From: Octopus vulgaris
Lineage: Eukaryota
Assembly (NCBI GenBank): GCA_951406725.2
Contig: OX597834.1
Span: 9,424,001 to 9,488,000 of the forward strand
DNA length: 64,000 nucleotides
Direction: 5' to 3'
The translations under genes were made by a program, and so were the position numbers. Position 1 is the first letter of the stretch; each line of letters opens with the position of its first letter. The notes under the pieces were generated by a model that saw nothing but the letters and a program-made list of their open reading frames with translations, was not told the origin of the DNA and did not search any database. Shown piece by piece: positions 63,571-64,000 of the stretch.

Positions 63571-63575
<5 letters not shown>

Positions 63576-64000
63576 TGGCGAAAGATATCATCGCACGCTT
63601 ATTTCTTGTATCTCAACGCACGTCACTCTTGCATTATGAATTGAGAAGAAACAGCAAGGAAATCCTAAAAAAGAGTATATCTGATAAACAGCTCAATCAA
63701 TACACAATGCGCTATCTGTTTATAAAGATTCTTGCGAATGTTGCCCCGAGAGCTCAAATGAATGGAAAATTCTCTATTGCTTGGATGGAATTCGCCAATA
63801 AAGATACTACTACAGAACCAAAACAGATGTTGCTCACAAGGTGTTCTTTACGAGCTACATAATTTCCAATAAATTATATTCATATTAGTAACGTTTTTTT
63901 CGGGTCTTTGATATATATATCTTTCAGGTTTTAGTTATATATTCGATATTAATAAACAGTCGTAGCTCTTGTTGCTGTTTATCCCCTTGGTGAGACCTTA

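Noticed and set aside
63601-63730. Faint GIY-YIG-like pattern (SCISTHV...KEYI**TAQSIH) and the overlapping 180-aa ORF
   Set aside because: Needs several stops and key residues to be reinterpreted; the first half of the ORF is microsatellite; unsupported without a profile search

Overview
Eukaryotic, AT-rich and microsatellite-saturated DNA; not prokaryotic, and no CRISPR, rRNA or true tRNA gene. The interspersed repeats match my recollection of octopus tRNA-derived SINE families, so the host is inferred to be Octopus or another coleoid cephalopod. Nearly every ORF in the supplied track is a translated microsatellite or SINE. The one convincing host coding segment is not in the track: a 109-nt + strand exon at 8261-8369 (MDLVKGFQAVKKMWFCILLLVATSQSTKA-LPATIRV-G, then G|GTAAGT). 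It reads as the signal peptide and first residues of an invertebrate kainate-type ionotropic glutamate receptor. I found no second exon, so the remaining ~55 kb is probably its intron. That region holds at least three tRNA-SINE families, decayed RTE and CR1-like LINE pieces, Tc1, mariner and hAT remnants, a Helentron/HINE-like element and a Penelope-like GIY-YIG relic. It also holds several (TA)n-associated element ends carrying minimal hammerhead-ribozyme-like motifs. The most interesting structures are a ~290-bp fold-back overlapping an intact hammerhead core (39696-39987), a 99-bp templated inverted insertion inside a 63-bp tandem duplication (18967-19925), and a pre-miRNA-like hairpin (58666-58742). 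All calls were made by eye; boundaries of decayed repeats are approximate.
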